64,000 nt of DNA from Nitrosopumilaceae archaeon. GTDB taxonomy: Archaea > Thermoproteota > Nitrososphaeria > Nitrososphaerales > Nitrosopumilaceae. The position numbers and the translations under genes are program-made. The stretch covers positions 1,408,001 through 1,472,000 of the forward strand of contig OZ242376.1 of NCBI GenBank assembly GCA_965209085.1. Reading direction: 5' to 3'. Numbering within the stretch: the stretch's first letter is position 1; each line of letters begins with the position of its first letter. This document shows, in pieces, positions 10,801 through 20,059 of the stretch. Below the pieces are notes generated by a model, which was not told the DNA's origin, did not search any database, and was given only the letters and a program-made list of their open reading frames with translations.

Positions 10801-11206
10801 CATCTTGAAAGCTGTACAGTATGCACGCATTTGATTTTACCATGACCGGAACATCTCCGATATGTATGAATTTTGATTCCAAAGTCTTTCCGTCTTCTAC
10901 GACACTTGCTTCCACCATTACGGGAGCCGCGTATGAGACGTTACGGAGTCTAGCTTCTGCGGGAGCAATGTTTGTGATAGAACCGTCCAGTTCCATCATG
11001 CGAGGTTTTTGCAATTTTATTTTTCCAAGCTGCACTTTGTACGGATATTCTGCGTTTTCAATTTCAATTTGGCTCACTTCCTTGATGATACTTTGCAAAC
11101 CTGATTCTAGAAATTCGTTAAACGAGTTGATGTGCTGTTTTGCAATTCCTTCTTTACGGAGTATGTCCTGTATTATTGGCCAGCGTTTTCCAGATGTATC
11201 TGCCAT
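7859..11206 (-). CDS. rpoB: RNA polymerase subunit B (Rpo2)
   Basis: GDKFAARHGQKG, GGLRFGEMERD, C-terminal Zn ribbon. Confidence 0.98.
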   Translation of the reverse strand: MADTSGKRWPIIQDILRKEGIAKQHINSFNEFLESGLQSIIKEVSQIEIENAEYPYKVQLGKIKLQKPRMMELDGSITNIAPAEARLRNVSYAAPVMVEASVVEDGKTLESKFIHIGDVPVMVKSNACILYSFQDEKLIEYGEDPLDPGGYFIINGSERVIVGLEDLSYNKIIVDKETVGGNPVFKAKIYSSIVGYRAKLELIMKNDGLIVARIPGSPVDIPVVTLMRALGLESDKDIASSTSLNDEIQNELEGSFEKAGEVPTSKDAIVYISKRIAPGMLEEFQIKRAEILLDWGLLPHLGKTPENRREKAQFLGEATCKLLELKRGWIEPDDKDHYGNKVVKFAGQMLADLFRTAFRNLTRDMKYQLERSGQKRGINAVSASIRPGIVTDKLNNAIATGNWGRGRVGVTQLLDRTNYLSTISHLRRIQSPLSRTQPNFEARDLHATHFGRICPSETPEGSNCGLVKNLALSAIISISVPSQEIVEKMFELGVVHFTEAKDDDKKDSARVFVDGKLVGYVKDGQQLADSMRALRRSSKIDPHIGISFHKPEKEGATSRFYVNCNAGRIMRPLIIIKDGHSLLTSDILDKISKKLLGWRDLLRMGIIELTDANEEENCYITLDEKKTSKRTHLEIFSSAILGAGASIIPYPEHNQSPRNTYESAMAKQSLGFSTPMMNTSTYVRQHLMLYPQTPIVTTKAMGLLGLEERPAGQNCIVAVLPFDGYNIEDAIVIGQAPVDRGLGRTFFYRIYDAEAKQYPGGMRDAFEIPNAEANIRGYKGEKLYRLLEDDGIIASESPVIGGDILIGKTSPPRFMEEYREMDSTGPYRRDTSIGVRPSEKGVVDTVVMTQSNEGGKMYKVRVRDVRTPEIGDKFAARHGQKGVLGILAKLEDLPYTAEGITPDVLINPHAFPSRMTVGMFMESITGKAAALRGTQFDGSAFVGEKMEEVRKIMDETGFKYSGKEIMYDGRTGKPFPVEVFIGVVYYQKLHHMVADKIHARARGQVQMLTKQPTEGRARGGGLRFGEMERDCIIAYGASMILKDRLLDESDKSDIYVCERCGLVAYHDVKQRKYVCKVCGDKAKVSSVSVAYAFKLLLQEMQSLIVAPRLMIKERI

Positions 11207-11458
11207 TTAGACTTCCACCACGTATCTATAATATTCTGAAACGCCTGCAGTATGGCTGTCTCGGATCACTCTAATCATGTCTCCAGGTTTTACGCCAAGG
11301 CCAACTATGGCAGGATCATTTGCAAGTATGAGAGGTAGTTCTGTGGGCTGGCAGTGGTATTTTTCCAAAACTGCCAAAGCTTCATCCATGGTCATAAGTT
11401 CGTGTTTTGGTACATAGACATGATCTGGTACAAGTATTGGTATCTTTTTTGTCGCCAA
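11207..11458 (-). CDS. rpoH: RNA polymerase subunit H (Rpo5)
   Basis: HVYVPKHE, LPLILANDPA, YYRYV. Confidence 0.96.
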   Translation of the reverse strand: MATKKIPILVPDHVYVPKHELMTMDEALAVLEKYHCQPTELPLILANDPAIVGLGVKPGDMIRVIRDSHTAGVSEYYRYVVEV

Positions 11459-11726
11459 TCAATACAACTCCAATTCAGAGAACGCAGATTGAATTTTAAC
11501 CCGCAATATGTTAAAAATACATCGAGCGGTTAATATATATCTAGAGGGTTTTTTTAGAATATTTCAAATATTTTGAGTCAATAGAGGTTCTATTAACGGC
11601 TCAAATTCCAGTATCATGGATCATACCGTATTGGCAGATTTTCTCATATATGCAGAGTGTTTATGCGATCAAAAAATGCCTATTATCGGATTAACCATTA
11701 TATACTATCTAGTGGTTATAGATACT

Positions 11727-12557
11727 GTGAAAAATGGTTTTTTTCTTGTTGCATTTACCGCCATTCTTTTGACGGGCACTCTTGCATCCCAAGTATACGG
11801 GCAGTCTTTTCAGATTACCATAGAGACTGACAAGGACATGTACAGTCCAGGTGAGACCATAACTGTCAGCGGCATCATAAACAAGCTTACAAGTAATGAG
11901 GAAATAACCATGCTATTTCGAGAACCAAATGGAAATTTTAATAGTGCAGATCAAATAATTCCAGCAGAGGATAATACATGGTCCACTCAGATCAAACTTT
12001 CACCAAAAGCCAAAGCTGGCATATACACCATTAGTGTATTATATGGCAAATGGGCAAATGAAGCCACATTAACCGTCGGTCAGGGAACCGCTATTGCAGG
12101 AACAGCGATACAAAACATACAACCTGCAATAACACCAGAGGGTACTCTGGTATTTGATTTAGAAGGTACTGGGATCAACTACAAGATAACAGGTGGAAGT
12201 ATAAAATCAATATATCCAGATGTGGATTCTAATTCTCTAATAATAGAGATAGATGCCACAGATAATGGAATGTTGACAATATCACTTCCAAGAGCGGTCA
12301 TAGATTCTGACATTGAGAGTAATCTAAACGGAGATTTTTTCGTTCTAGTTGACAATGAAGAGAATGATTATGAAGAAACAGAAACTACAGAAACATATAG
12401 AACTTTGAACATAGAATTTTACGCAGGTTCTGAAATAATAGAGATAATCGGCACCATGGTGATACCAGAGTTTGGCATTGTAGCAATCGTAGTACTAGCC
12501 GTTTCACTTGTATCCATAATAGCTATAACGTCAAGATCAAAACTGACAAGACTGTAA
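11727..12557 (+). CDS. PEFG-CTERM sorting-domain surface protein
   Basis: Signal peptide, Ig-like domain (TDKDMYSPGETITVSG), C-terminal VIPEFG + TM + basic tail; GTG start at 11727 preferred. Confidence 0.9.
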   Translation: MKNGFFLVAFTAILLTGTLASQVYGQSFQITIETDKDMYSPGETITVSGIINKLTSNEEITMLFREPNGNFNSADQIIPAEDNTWSTQIKLSPKAKAGIYTISVLYGKWANEATLTVGQGTAIAGTAIQNIQPAITPEGTLVFDLEGTGINYKITGGSIKSIYPDVDSNSLIIEIDATDNGMLTISLPRAVIDSDIESNLNGDFFVLVDNEENDYEETETTETYRTLNIEFYAGSEIIEIIGTMVIPEFGIVAIVVLAVSLVSIIAITSRSKLTRL

Positions 12558-12599
12558 ATTCTACATTGGAAACTTTGTATAAAACACTCATTCGGCATA

Positions 12600-13065
12600 C
12601 AATGTCACGTTTAACGCATATGTGGATTGCATGCCAAGATGGTGTTTCTAGATACATAACTGCTGTTAGAGTTTTTGAGCATATCATCTAAGAAAACATA
12701 AGATTCCATGGTATGCACAGATTCAAAACTTCTGTACAGATACTCTCGGACAATGGCGCACAATTTACGTCCAAACGGTGCCAAGAGCCCAAAGTCATGG
12801 ATGTCAACGGGCTTTTGAGAACGAATTGTTGCATAGGGGAATCAAGACAATAAACTCAAGACTGCGCCACCTTCAAACTAGCGGTAATCTGAAACGGTTC
12901 TTTCGTACCCTGAAAGAAGAGATGTCATTTTACGGAGATTTGGACAAATTCATCAAATACTAAGGAGCAATTACATTTTTCACTGGACATTGAAAATGGT
13001 TAAACTACACTAAATGTGCATCAGGACAGGATTCCGTCCAGGACAGACATGATAAATCCTAGAGA
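12600..13065 (+). mobile_element. Degraded IS481-like (DDE integrase core) transposase remnant
   Basis: Fragments in different frames: WIACQDGVSRYIT, QILSDNGAQFTS, HLQTSGNLKRFFRTLKEE; stops and frameshifts; no intact terminal repeats found. Confidence 0.75.
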
Positions 13066-13123
13066 CTTTTTACGTCAAATCGGCTTGAATGTATAAATAC
13101 TAGGCATATTAAATTAAACCAAG

Positions 13124-13966
13124 ATGAAGACATACAGAAACGGCGCAATATTAGCAGTTCTAGTTGCCATGATGGTATTTGGAACCGCTTTTAGTTCTGC
13201 AAACGCAGCAACTGGTCTATCAATAAAGCTTGAAACAACCGACGATCAAAAAGTGATGGTGAGTGGATCTACAGGATCATCAGGCGATATAACTATGCAG
13301 ATCATAGGTTCAGATGGTGTTAAAATAATACAATTTGGTCAATTTACTCCAGTGGATTTGACGTATGAAGGTTTTTTCACAGTTGGAGGCTATGATTGGA
13401 TAAAAGATGGAACATATACAGTCAATTTGGCTCAAGGTAAAAGTACTGCCACTGCAAAAATCGCTGTAAAAGATAGCAGTGTTGTAAAATTGTTTGATTT
13501 TGAAGGATCATATGCAATGACAGAGAAAATGGATCAAACAAAAGACCCAACCAAGACTGACACCATGAAGACTGAACTAGGTCTAACCCTCGTGGATATT
13601 TCTGAAGAAGGTGCAGTCATGATAATGATTACAGGTAATACAGACAAATCTGAAGAAGTCACTGTCCAAGTAAGAGCTCCCAATGGTAACATTGTTGGAT
13701 TTGATCAAGTGCCACCAAATGCTGATGGTACGTTTGCCATAAATATGAGAATAGGCGGAGACTTGGGTAAACAGGACGGAATATACACTATTACTGCACA
13801 ACAAGGAGATAAAGCACAGTATATTGACAATGTTGAGGTAGAAATCGTAGATGGCGTCATAATTCCAGAATTTGGTTCTGCAGCAATCATTGTACTTGTA
13901 GTAGCCATAGTATCCATAGTTGCAATTACCTCGCGCTCTAGACTAAGCATACAGCCAAAACTTTAA
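13124..13966 (+). CDS. PEFG-CTERM surface protein with an internally duplicated Ig-like domain
   Basis: Signal peptide; two similar modules ending DGTYTVNLAQG and DGIYTITAQQG; IIPEFG + TM. Confidence 0.9.
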   Translation: MKTYRNGAILAVLVAMMVFGTAFSSANAATGLSIKLETTDDQKVMVSGSTGSSGDITMQIIGSDGVKIIQFGQFTPVDLTYEGFFTVGGYDWIKDGTYTVNLAQGKSTATAKIAVKDSSVVKLFDFEGSYAMTEKMDQTKDPTKTDTMKTELGLTLVDISEEGAVMIMITGNTDKSEEVTVQVRAPNGNIVGFDQVPPNADGTFAINMRIGGDLGKQDGIYTITAQQGDKAQYIDNVEVEIVDGVIIPEFGSAAIIVLVVAIVSIVAITSRSRLSIQPKL

Positions 13967-14060
13967 CAACACTTTTTCTTTTTATTTTTCGACCACATAT
14001 CGTAAGATATGGTCATTATCAGATCAACTATAAATATAGTAATATCATCGTTAAATCAAG

Positions 14061-14867
14061 ATGAATATACACATAACATACGCACTGTTGGCAGTATTTG
14101 TTGCAATTCTAATTACTCCAGCATATGGAGAAAGTGCATCCCCAATAACCGTATCCACAGACAGTGATACATATGATCACGAGTCCAAAATATCCGTTAC
14201 TGGAAACGTTGAATCCATAAGATCTGGCATACCGATCACATACAAAGTCACAAGCCCCACTGGTAATATTGTAACAATAGGTCAAAACGAAGTCAATGAT
14301 GATGGAACATTTGCATTTACATTAAACACAAAGGGCAATACTTGGAAATATGACGGCGAATATGTCATACGCGTTCAATACGGCAGCAATATAGACAACT
14401 GGGCGGTTGTAAATTTGGTTGGAGGCGAAATGGTATCAAATACAGTAACACCTCCAGAATCCATACGTGGTGCAGAATGTTCAGATACGTCAATTGCAGT
14501 TGCAGACAATTGCGTTCCATACACGCTTACCAGTGGAGAATTGATCAACACTGTGATTGACGATAATTCGATTACGTTGAACGTAAATACCGAAGATGGT
14601 CCAGGTTCGCTTGAATTATCCGAATTACGTAGTGTTTTGTTAGATACCCATACAGTACTTGTTGACGGTGAACAATGGGACGATGTGATGATTGATGAGA
14701 ACACAGTCACGGTAATGTATCCTGCAGGCACAACAAGTATTATCATATATGCAGCAAAGGTCATTCCAGAATTTGGAACCATAGCAGCAATTGTTTTGGC
14801 CATCGCCATAATGTCGGTTCTTGCAGTAACTGCCAAAACACGACTCGGAATACAACCAAAAATCTAA
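14061..14867 (+). CDS. PEFG-CTERM surface protein
   Basis: Signal peptide, VSTDSDTYD Ig-like domain, VIPEFG + TM + KTR. Confidence 0.9.
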   Translation: MNIHITYALLAVFVAILITPAYGESASPITVSTDSDTYDHESKISVTGNVESIRSGIPITYKVTSPTGNIVTIGQNEVNDDGTFAFTLNTKGNTWKYDGEYVIRVQYGSNIDNWAVVNLVGGEMVSNTVTPPESIRGAECSDTSIAVADNCVPYTLTSGELINTVIDDNSITLNVNTEDGPGSLELSELRSVLLDTHTVLVDGEQWDDVMIDENTVTVMYPAGTTSIIIYAAKVIPEFGTIAAIVLAIAIMSVLAVTAKTRLGIQPKI

Positions 14868-14986
14868 ACCGTATTTTTTATTTTATTTAATATTTGGCTG
14901 CAAATACAGCCTTTGTAATCATATAAGATATATTTTCAGCGCATATTTACAGAAAAGGGTATATAGAATAAAGATTAGTTTTTAAT

Positions 14987-15796
14987 ATGCAGTATTGGGT
15001 TGTTGCTCTTTTGGCCTTTGGGATATTTTCAGGTTATGCATACGGTCAGGAGGTAAAACAGTTGGAAGTGTACACGCCATCTTCAACATATTATGAGGGT
15101 GATGTGCTGATATTGGGCGGCAGTGTGGCCAAAATATTGACAAATGACCCCCCAGTTACCATACAGGTATTTTCACCAACAGATGATGTCGTAGATGTTG
15201 CCCAGATAGACATATCACTTGACGGCAGCTTTGCACATACCATGATTGCGTCTGGACCGCAGTGGTCAAAGACCGGTGAGTATCGGATAGTGGCAAATTA
15301 CGGGGGGGTAAGCGACAATGCGGAATTTCAATTTATTAAAACAGACAAGCGTGAAGAAATAACATCCAATTACGAGGTTGACGCCGGCAATGCTGGCACG
15401 TTTGATGTAGGATATACCATACGCGGAGGATCCGTAGACGAGGTTCTAATCGACACACACGGACTTGCAATCGTATTTTCCATCACAGCGCACGATGCAG
15501 GGGAGATAACAGTAAACATTCCAAAAGAATTTGTCGATGCGCAAGACTCGAATGGTAATTCAATTGATTTCATAGTTCTAGCAGACGATGTACAGGTTTT
15601 GCATACGGAGAGCATCTCTGATGCTGTAAATAGAAAAATTACAGTTCCATTTTCAAAAGATAGTACTGAAATTCGTGTAATTGGAACGCATGCAATACCT
15701 GAATTTGGAGTGGCAACATTAATCATATTTGGTGCCGCAATTTCAGCCATTATTCTGACTCATTTGCGGATGCCTGGATTAAAATCCGTATTTTGA
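14987..15796 (+). CDS. PEFG-CTERM surface protein
   Basis: Signal peptide, same two-domain layout, AIPEFG + TM. Confidence 0.9.
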   Translation: MQYWVVALLAFGIFSGYAYGQEVKQLEVYTPSSTYYEGDVLILGGSVAKILTNDPPVTIQVFSPTDDVVDVAQIDISLDGSFAHTMIASGPQWSKTGEYRIVANYGGVSDNAEFQFIKTDKREEITSNYEVDAGNAGTFDVGYTIRGGSVDEVLIDTHGLAIVFSITAHDAGEITVNIPKEFVDAQDSNGNSIDFIVLADDVQVLHTESISDAVNRKITVPFSKDSTEIRVIGTHAIPEFGVATLIIFGAAISAIILTHLRMPGLKSVF

Positions 15797-16933
15797 TTTT
15801 AACGGGGATACTGCACGAAGTTCCTTTACGGCTTTTTTGACAGCATCAACTGTTGTGTCAATCTCTTCTTTGGTGTTAAAGATGCCAAGGCTGAGCCGCA
15901 GAGAGCCTGTTATCTGCTCGTGTGAAAATCCCATCGCCAAAAGAACGTGTGATGCTTTTTGCGTTCTGACAGAACATGCAGAGCCTGTAGATGCGGCTAT
16001 GCCGTACTCGTCCAATTTTATTATCAGATCCTCGCCGTTAACACCAAGGAATGTAAAATGGGCATTGCCACATATTCTCATCTTGGCATCGCCGTTGTAC
16101 GCGGTGTGCGATATCTCCGAGCATATCCTCTCAATCAGCCTGTTTTTCAGAGCCATTATTCGCATGGTATCATCTCCAAGGTTCTCGCGTGCAATCCTGC
16201 ACGCAACACCAAATCCGGCAATGCCAGAAACGTTTTCAGTGCCGGATCGCATGCCATTTTCCTGCCCGCCTCCCAAAATAATCGGATCAAGTTTTACACC
16301 GCGCCGTACATAAAGTGCCCCCACACCTTTGGGGCCGTTTATTTTATGGGAAGATATTGAGAGCAGGTCAGATCCAAGATCCTGGACGTTAACTGGGATT
16401 TTTCCCACAGCCTGCACCGCATCAGTATGAAGCAGTATGTTCTTTTTTTTACATTCCTGCGATATTTCTCTGATGGGCTGTACGGTTCCAACCTCGTTGT
16501 TTGCAAGCATGACTGATACAAGGCGGGTTTTTTCAGTTATTGCATGGGTTATTTTTTGCACATCAATTATGCCTGATTTGTCCGGTGCAACATATGTTAC
16601 GGTGCATTTGGATTTTTCAAGCATTCTGCACGGCTCCAATACGGCATCATGTTCTATGGACGTGGTTACAATATGTCCATTCACATCCGTCATTGCCCCG
16701 CGTATTGCAGTATTGTTTGATTCTGTACCTCCGGATGTAAACAAAATTTCCCCAGGTGAGGCTCCAATCAGTTCGGCAACATATCCGCGCGCAATATTTA
16801 CTATTTTTTCTGCCGCACGCCCGTACCCGTGAATGGACGACGGATTGCCGTATTGTTTACTCAAAACCTGCTGCATCTTGTTCAAAACTTCCTCTCGTAC
16901 CGCAGTGGATGCGGCGTTGTCAAGATAGATCAA
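15779..16933 (-). CDS. iscS: Cysteine desulfurase (IscS/NifS type)
   Basis: IYLDNAAST, FTSGGTESNN, SSHKINGPKG, STGSACS. Confidence 0.95.
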   Translation of the reverse strand: MIYLDNAASTAVREEVLNKMQQVLSKQYGNPSSIHGYGRAAEKIVNIARGYVAELIGASPGEILFTSGGTESNNTAIRGAMTDVNGHIVTTSIEHDAVLEPCRMLEKSKCTVTYVAPDKSGIIDVQKITHAITEKTRLVSVMLANNEVGTVQPIREISQECKKKNILLHTDAVQAVGKIPVNVQDLGSDLLSISSHKINGPKGVGALYVRRGVKLDPIILGGGQENGMRSGTENVSGIAGFGVACRIARENLGDDTMRIMALKNRLIERICSEISHTAYNGDAKMRICGNAHFTFLGVNGEDLIIKLDEYGIAASTGSACSVRTQKASHVLLAMGFSHEQITGSLRLSLGIFNTKEEIDTTVDAVKKAVKELRAVSPLKSKYGF

Positions 16934-17739
16934 TTCCTCACCGCGTTTGCCCCGCCCTGCACATATCCTCTGCCATCCACTATAACGGACTTGAATCCAA
17001 TCAGACGCAGGGGCCCATCAAGTATCTTTGCAGTATCCAAATTTAAAATCCTCTCCACGTCCTCTTTTCCCACCTCTATTTTGGCAATCCCTCCAATGTC
17101 TCGCACACGCACCTGCCGCGCCCCCGTGGAGTTTTTTACCACAGTCTCGGCAAGCTCTATTCGAATCAGACGCTCTGCTGTAACCTGCGTTCCCCATGGA
17201 ACACGGGATGCAAGACACGAGTTTGACGGCCTATCCCATACTGTCATTGAGAGTTTTTTTGCCTCCCTGCGCACATCTTTTTTGGAAAATTCGCATTCAA
17301 CAAGCGGGCTGCGTATTCCATTTTTTTTCATTGCATCAATTCCAGGCCTGTAATCTCCCAGATCGTCTGTGTTTGTCCCATCAGCTATGACATCAATTTT
17401 CAATTCGGATGCAAGGGATAAAAGCCGTCCTGCCAGTTCCGTTCTGCAGTGGTAGCACCGGTTTTTCCCATTTGCTACAAAGTCAGGATTTTCCAGCTCG
17501 TTATAGTTTATCATCGTATGCTTTATGCCAATCTGTTTGCAGATTGATTTTGCAGAATCCAGCTCGTCCCTTGAGAGCGTCTTATAGTCGGCAGTAACTG
17601 CCACTGCTGCATATCCGAGAGTTTTGTATGCTGCAGATGCTACTAGCGCGCTATCAACGCCTCCTGAAACTGCCACGATGACTCCGTCAAGACCTTTGAA
17701 CCATCCGCAAAGATTTTCAAAGTTTTGCATTTTTTCCAC
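16930..17739 (-). CDS. larE: ATP-dependent sulfur transferase LarE
   Basis: PP-loop SGGVDS, RCYHCR, DGTNTDD..DYRPG, SNSCLASR. Confidence 0.92.
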   Translation of the reverse strand: MEKMQNFENLCGWFKGLDGVIVAVSGGVDSALVASAAYKTLGYAAVAVTADYKTLSRDELDSAKSICKQIGIKHTMINYNELENPDFVANGKNRCYHCRTELAGRLLSLASELKIDVIADGTNTDDLGDYRPGIDAMKKNGIRSPLVECEFSKKDVRREAKKLSMTVWDRPSNSCLASRVPWGTQVTAERLIRIELAETVVKNSTGARQVRVRDIGGIAKIEVGKEDVERILNLDTAKILDGPLRLIGFKSVIVDGRGYVQGGANAVRN

Positions 17740-18937
17740 CCATCATATCCCGAAGCATTTGTTCGGTTTTGCCAAACGGTTCCCCAGTATGCCCAGAAAC
17801 TGCCCGTATATCGTCTGCCTCGATCTTGAACGTTCCTTCCGATTCATTTGTTTTGAACCGGATTTTAAATTCCATGCCCCCTACTGCAAGATTGACACTC
17901 TCCTCGGTGCGTTTTGCAATTATGCGTTTTTCAGTACGCATTCGGACCCCAAGGGTTCCAGTTTCGGACATTAAAATTCCGGCAAGATCGGATGCAGAGT
18001 CCGTACCGCATATTACAGTCAGTGTGTGTGCGGGGCGCCCTTTTTTTCCAGTTACCGGAGCTGATGTCACATCCTTGGCTCCCATTGACATCAGTTTTTC
18101 CATGGCATAGCCCAAAACTTCCCCGCTTACATCATCAATGCACGTTTCAAGAACTGCCACTGTATCTCCCATGTGTACGGTTGCAGCAGATCCGCGCACC
18201 AGTTTTAGCACGTTTGCAAAATCTTCAAAGTCGTTTTTCCCGGCCCCGTATCCAATTTTGTCAATCCCCATGGCAGGATAAAATTGCAGACATTCAGATG
18301 CCATGGTGCGCAGCATGCATGCGCCCGTCGGCGTTACCATCTCTGTTTCAGAAGAGGTGCCAGTTATTTTTATACAGCTGTTCTGAAAAATTTCCAAGAC
18401 TGCAGGAGCAGGATTTGATGCCTTGCCGTGTGAAAACTTCACGTATCCTCCGCCGACTCCCACGGGCATTGTCAGTATGTCCTCATCATACAATCCAAGG
18501 CTCTCCAATGCGGCAGCAGTTCCTGCAATGTCAAGTACTGTATCAAAGGATGCCATTTCATGAAAGTGAACTGATTCGGCAGGTTCTCCATGCACGCCAG
18601 ATTCTGCCAGAATTAGAGCCTGCACGCTTTTATCTGCAAATTTGCATGCGTTATTTGAGAGTCCGGTATTTTTGCATGCGCCAGCTATGCACTCTGCCAC
18701 ATTTTTACCAGTATGCAGATTCCCTTCTCCGTCAGTTTCCAGTACAAGTTTTGTTGCAGATATGCCGCATTTTTGCACTTTGATAAATTCAAGTTTTCGT
18801 ATGCTTGTGCCGGCAATTTGTGCCCCCGCATTGGCGCATTTTTTAATTTTTTCAACGTCAGCTCCCATGTCCACCAAAGAGCAAAGCAGCATATCTCCTG
18901 CAATTCCTGCAATTTGAGGATCAACTACCAATACCAT
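17717..18937 (-). CDS. larC: Nickel-pincer cofactor nickel insertase LarC
   Basis: GIAGDM, VHFHE, APAPA, EMVTPTGA, ETCIDD, ETGTLGVR. Confidence 0.92.
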   Translation of the reverse strand: MVLVVDPQIAGIAGDMLLCSLVDMGADVEKIKKCANAGAQIAGTSIRKLEFIKVQKCGISATKLVLETDGEGNLHTGKNVAECIAGACKNTGLSNNACKFADKSVQALILAESGVHGEPAESVHFHEMASFDTVLDIAGTAAALESLGLYDEDILTMPVGVGGGYVKFSHGKASNPAPAVLEIFQNSCIKITGTSSETEMVTPTGACMLRTMASECLQFYPAMGIDKIGYGAGKNDFEDFANVLKLVRGSAATVHMGDTVAVLETCIDDVSGEVLGYAMEKLMSMGAKDVTSAPVTGKKGRPAHTLTVICGTDSASDLAGILMSETGTLGVRMRTEKRIIAKRTEESVNLAVGGMEFKIRFKTNESEGTFKIEADDIRAVSGHTGEPFGKTEQMLRDMMGGKNAKL

Positions 18938-18980
18938 GCATCAAATGTGGTTGAAAAATGCTTATAAAATTATTGAATGT

Positions 18981-19304
18981 CTAGTTTTGCCCCGCTTCCC
19001 GTATGGCTGTAGAATAGTCACATTTTGCCCGCAGGCGCATATATGGCACGAGTTTGTAGTGTATGCTGTATAATCCATGCTCATCCTTGAAGATAATGCC
19101 TTTTTGCACCAGCGAGACAAGCCCCCTTGACATTTTTTTTGCCGCCTGCGTGTCCCCGTCCACGCATACGCGCGCCCGCATCAGCTGATACTGCTCCAAT
19201 GTAAAGACCAAATCGCCAAGTTCCGTTACAAGGGGCCAGACTATATAATCCCAGACAAACCTCCGGTTTTCAGTAGCTGATGCGTATTTGCCTTTTTCAT
19301 TCAA
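18981..19304 (-). CDS. Hypothetical protein, possibly winged-helix-like
   Basis: Intact 107 aa ORF; SRGLVSLVQKGII..YSI resembles a wHTH wing. Confidence 0.6.
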   Translation of the reverse strand: MNEKGKYASATENRRFVWDYIVWPLVTELGDLVFTLEQYQLMRARVCVDGDTQAAKKMSRGLVSLVQKGIIFKDEHGLYSIHYKLVPYMRLRAKCDYSTAIREAGQN

Positions 19305-19345
19305 TATTTAATATAGATCTGAATTTAGTTATAACTGAATAGATA

Positions 19346-20059
19346 TTGTCCCGAACAAACATTGAGGAATCACTGGAGATTTTGGATGAGCAAGGGTGGG
19401 AGATGGATGCTCTTCTCAAAGACTTTATGCGCGGCACCGTATCCACAATTGACTCGCCCATAGAGGTGGGGGGAGTCGTATTTCACATACCATACCTTGC
19501 AGCGCACAAAAAATACGTCCTATGGAAATGTTTTTGGCCAGACTGCCACAACTGCTGCGAGAGACAGGGGAGGCTTCCTCTAACATCAGATGATCTTGTA
19601 ACAATCGGAGCCGGCCTGAAATATTCAAAAACTTCGGAATTTATTAAAAATGAAACACTCGTTGCCACATGGTCGGAGCCGCCCTCAGATGGCCAGCCTG
19701 AAATTATAATGACGTCTGTAACCTTGAAGAGAAAAAAAGATGAGAGTGTAAATGATGATGGTACCCACATAAAATGCAGATTTTTGGACGATGAGGGAGG
19801 ATGCAGCACGCATCCTGCAAGACCGGGCGTCTGTTACCTGTATCCGTTTTCCACATGGTTGGTAAACAAATCAGGAAACGCCATAGTGCATGCATCATAT
19901 CAGATAACAGGTGACTGTCCTGGATTTTATCTTGCAGACAAACCCGAACAAATGCACGATGAGGGAGTCTTTGATGATTATGCCAAGATCATATACGATT
20001 ATAATATGAAATCAAACCGCACAGTACGCGAGGGGTTTGGTTCCGCAGATATGCTCTAG
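19346..20059 (+). CDS. YkgJ-family cysteine-cluster (CxxCxxCC) protein
   Basis: CFWPDCHNCC...CRFL...CSTHPARPGVCYLYPF. Confidence 0.85.
   Translation: MSRTNIEESLEILDEQGWEMDALLKDFMRGTVSTIDSPIEVGGVVFHIPYLAAHKKYVLWKCFWPDCHNCCERQGRLPLTSDDLVTIGAGLKYSKTSEFIKNETLVATWSEPPSDGQPEIIMTSVTLKRKKDESVNDDGTHIKCRFLDDEGGCSTHPARPGVCYLYPFSTWLVNKSGNAIVHASYQITGDCPGFYLADKPEQMHDEGVFDDYAKIIYDYNMKSNRTVREGFGSADML

Noticed and set aside
12690-12740. AAGATTCCAT...ACAG in the IS481 relic as another end-repeat copy
   Set aside because: The intervening bases do not match, and the segment is explained as transposase coding sequence (…QILSDNG).
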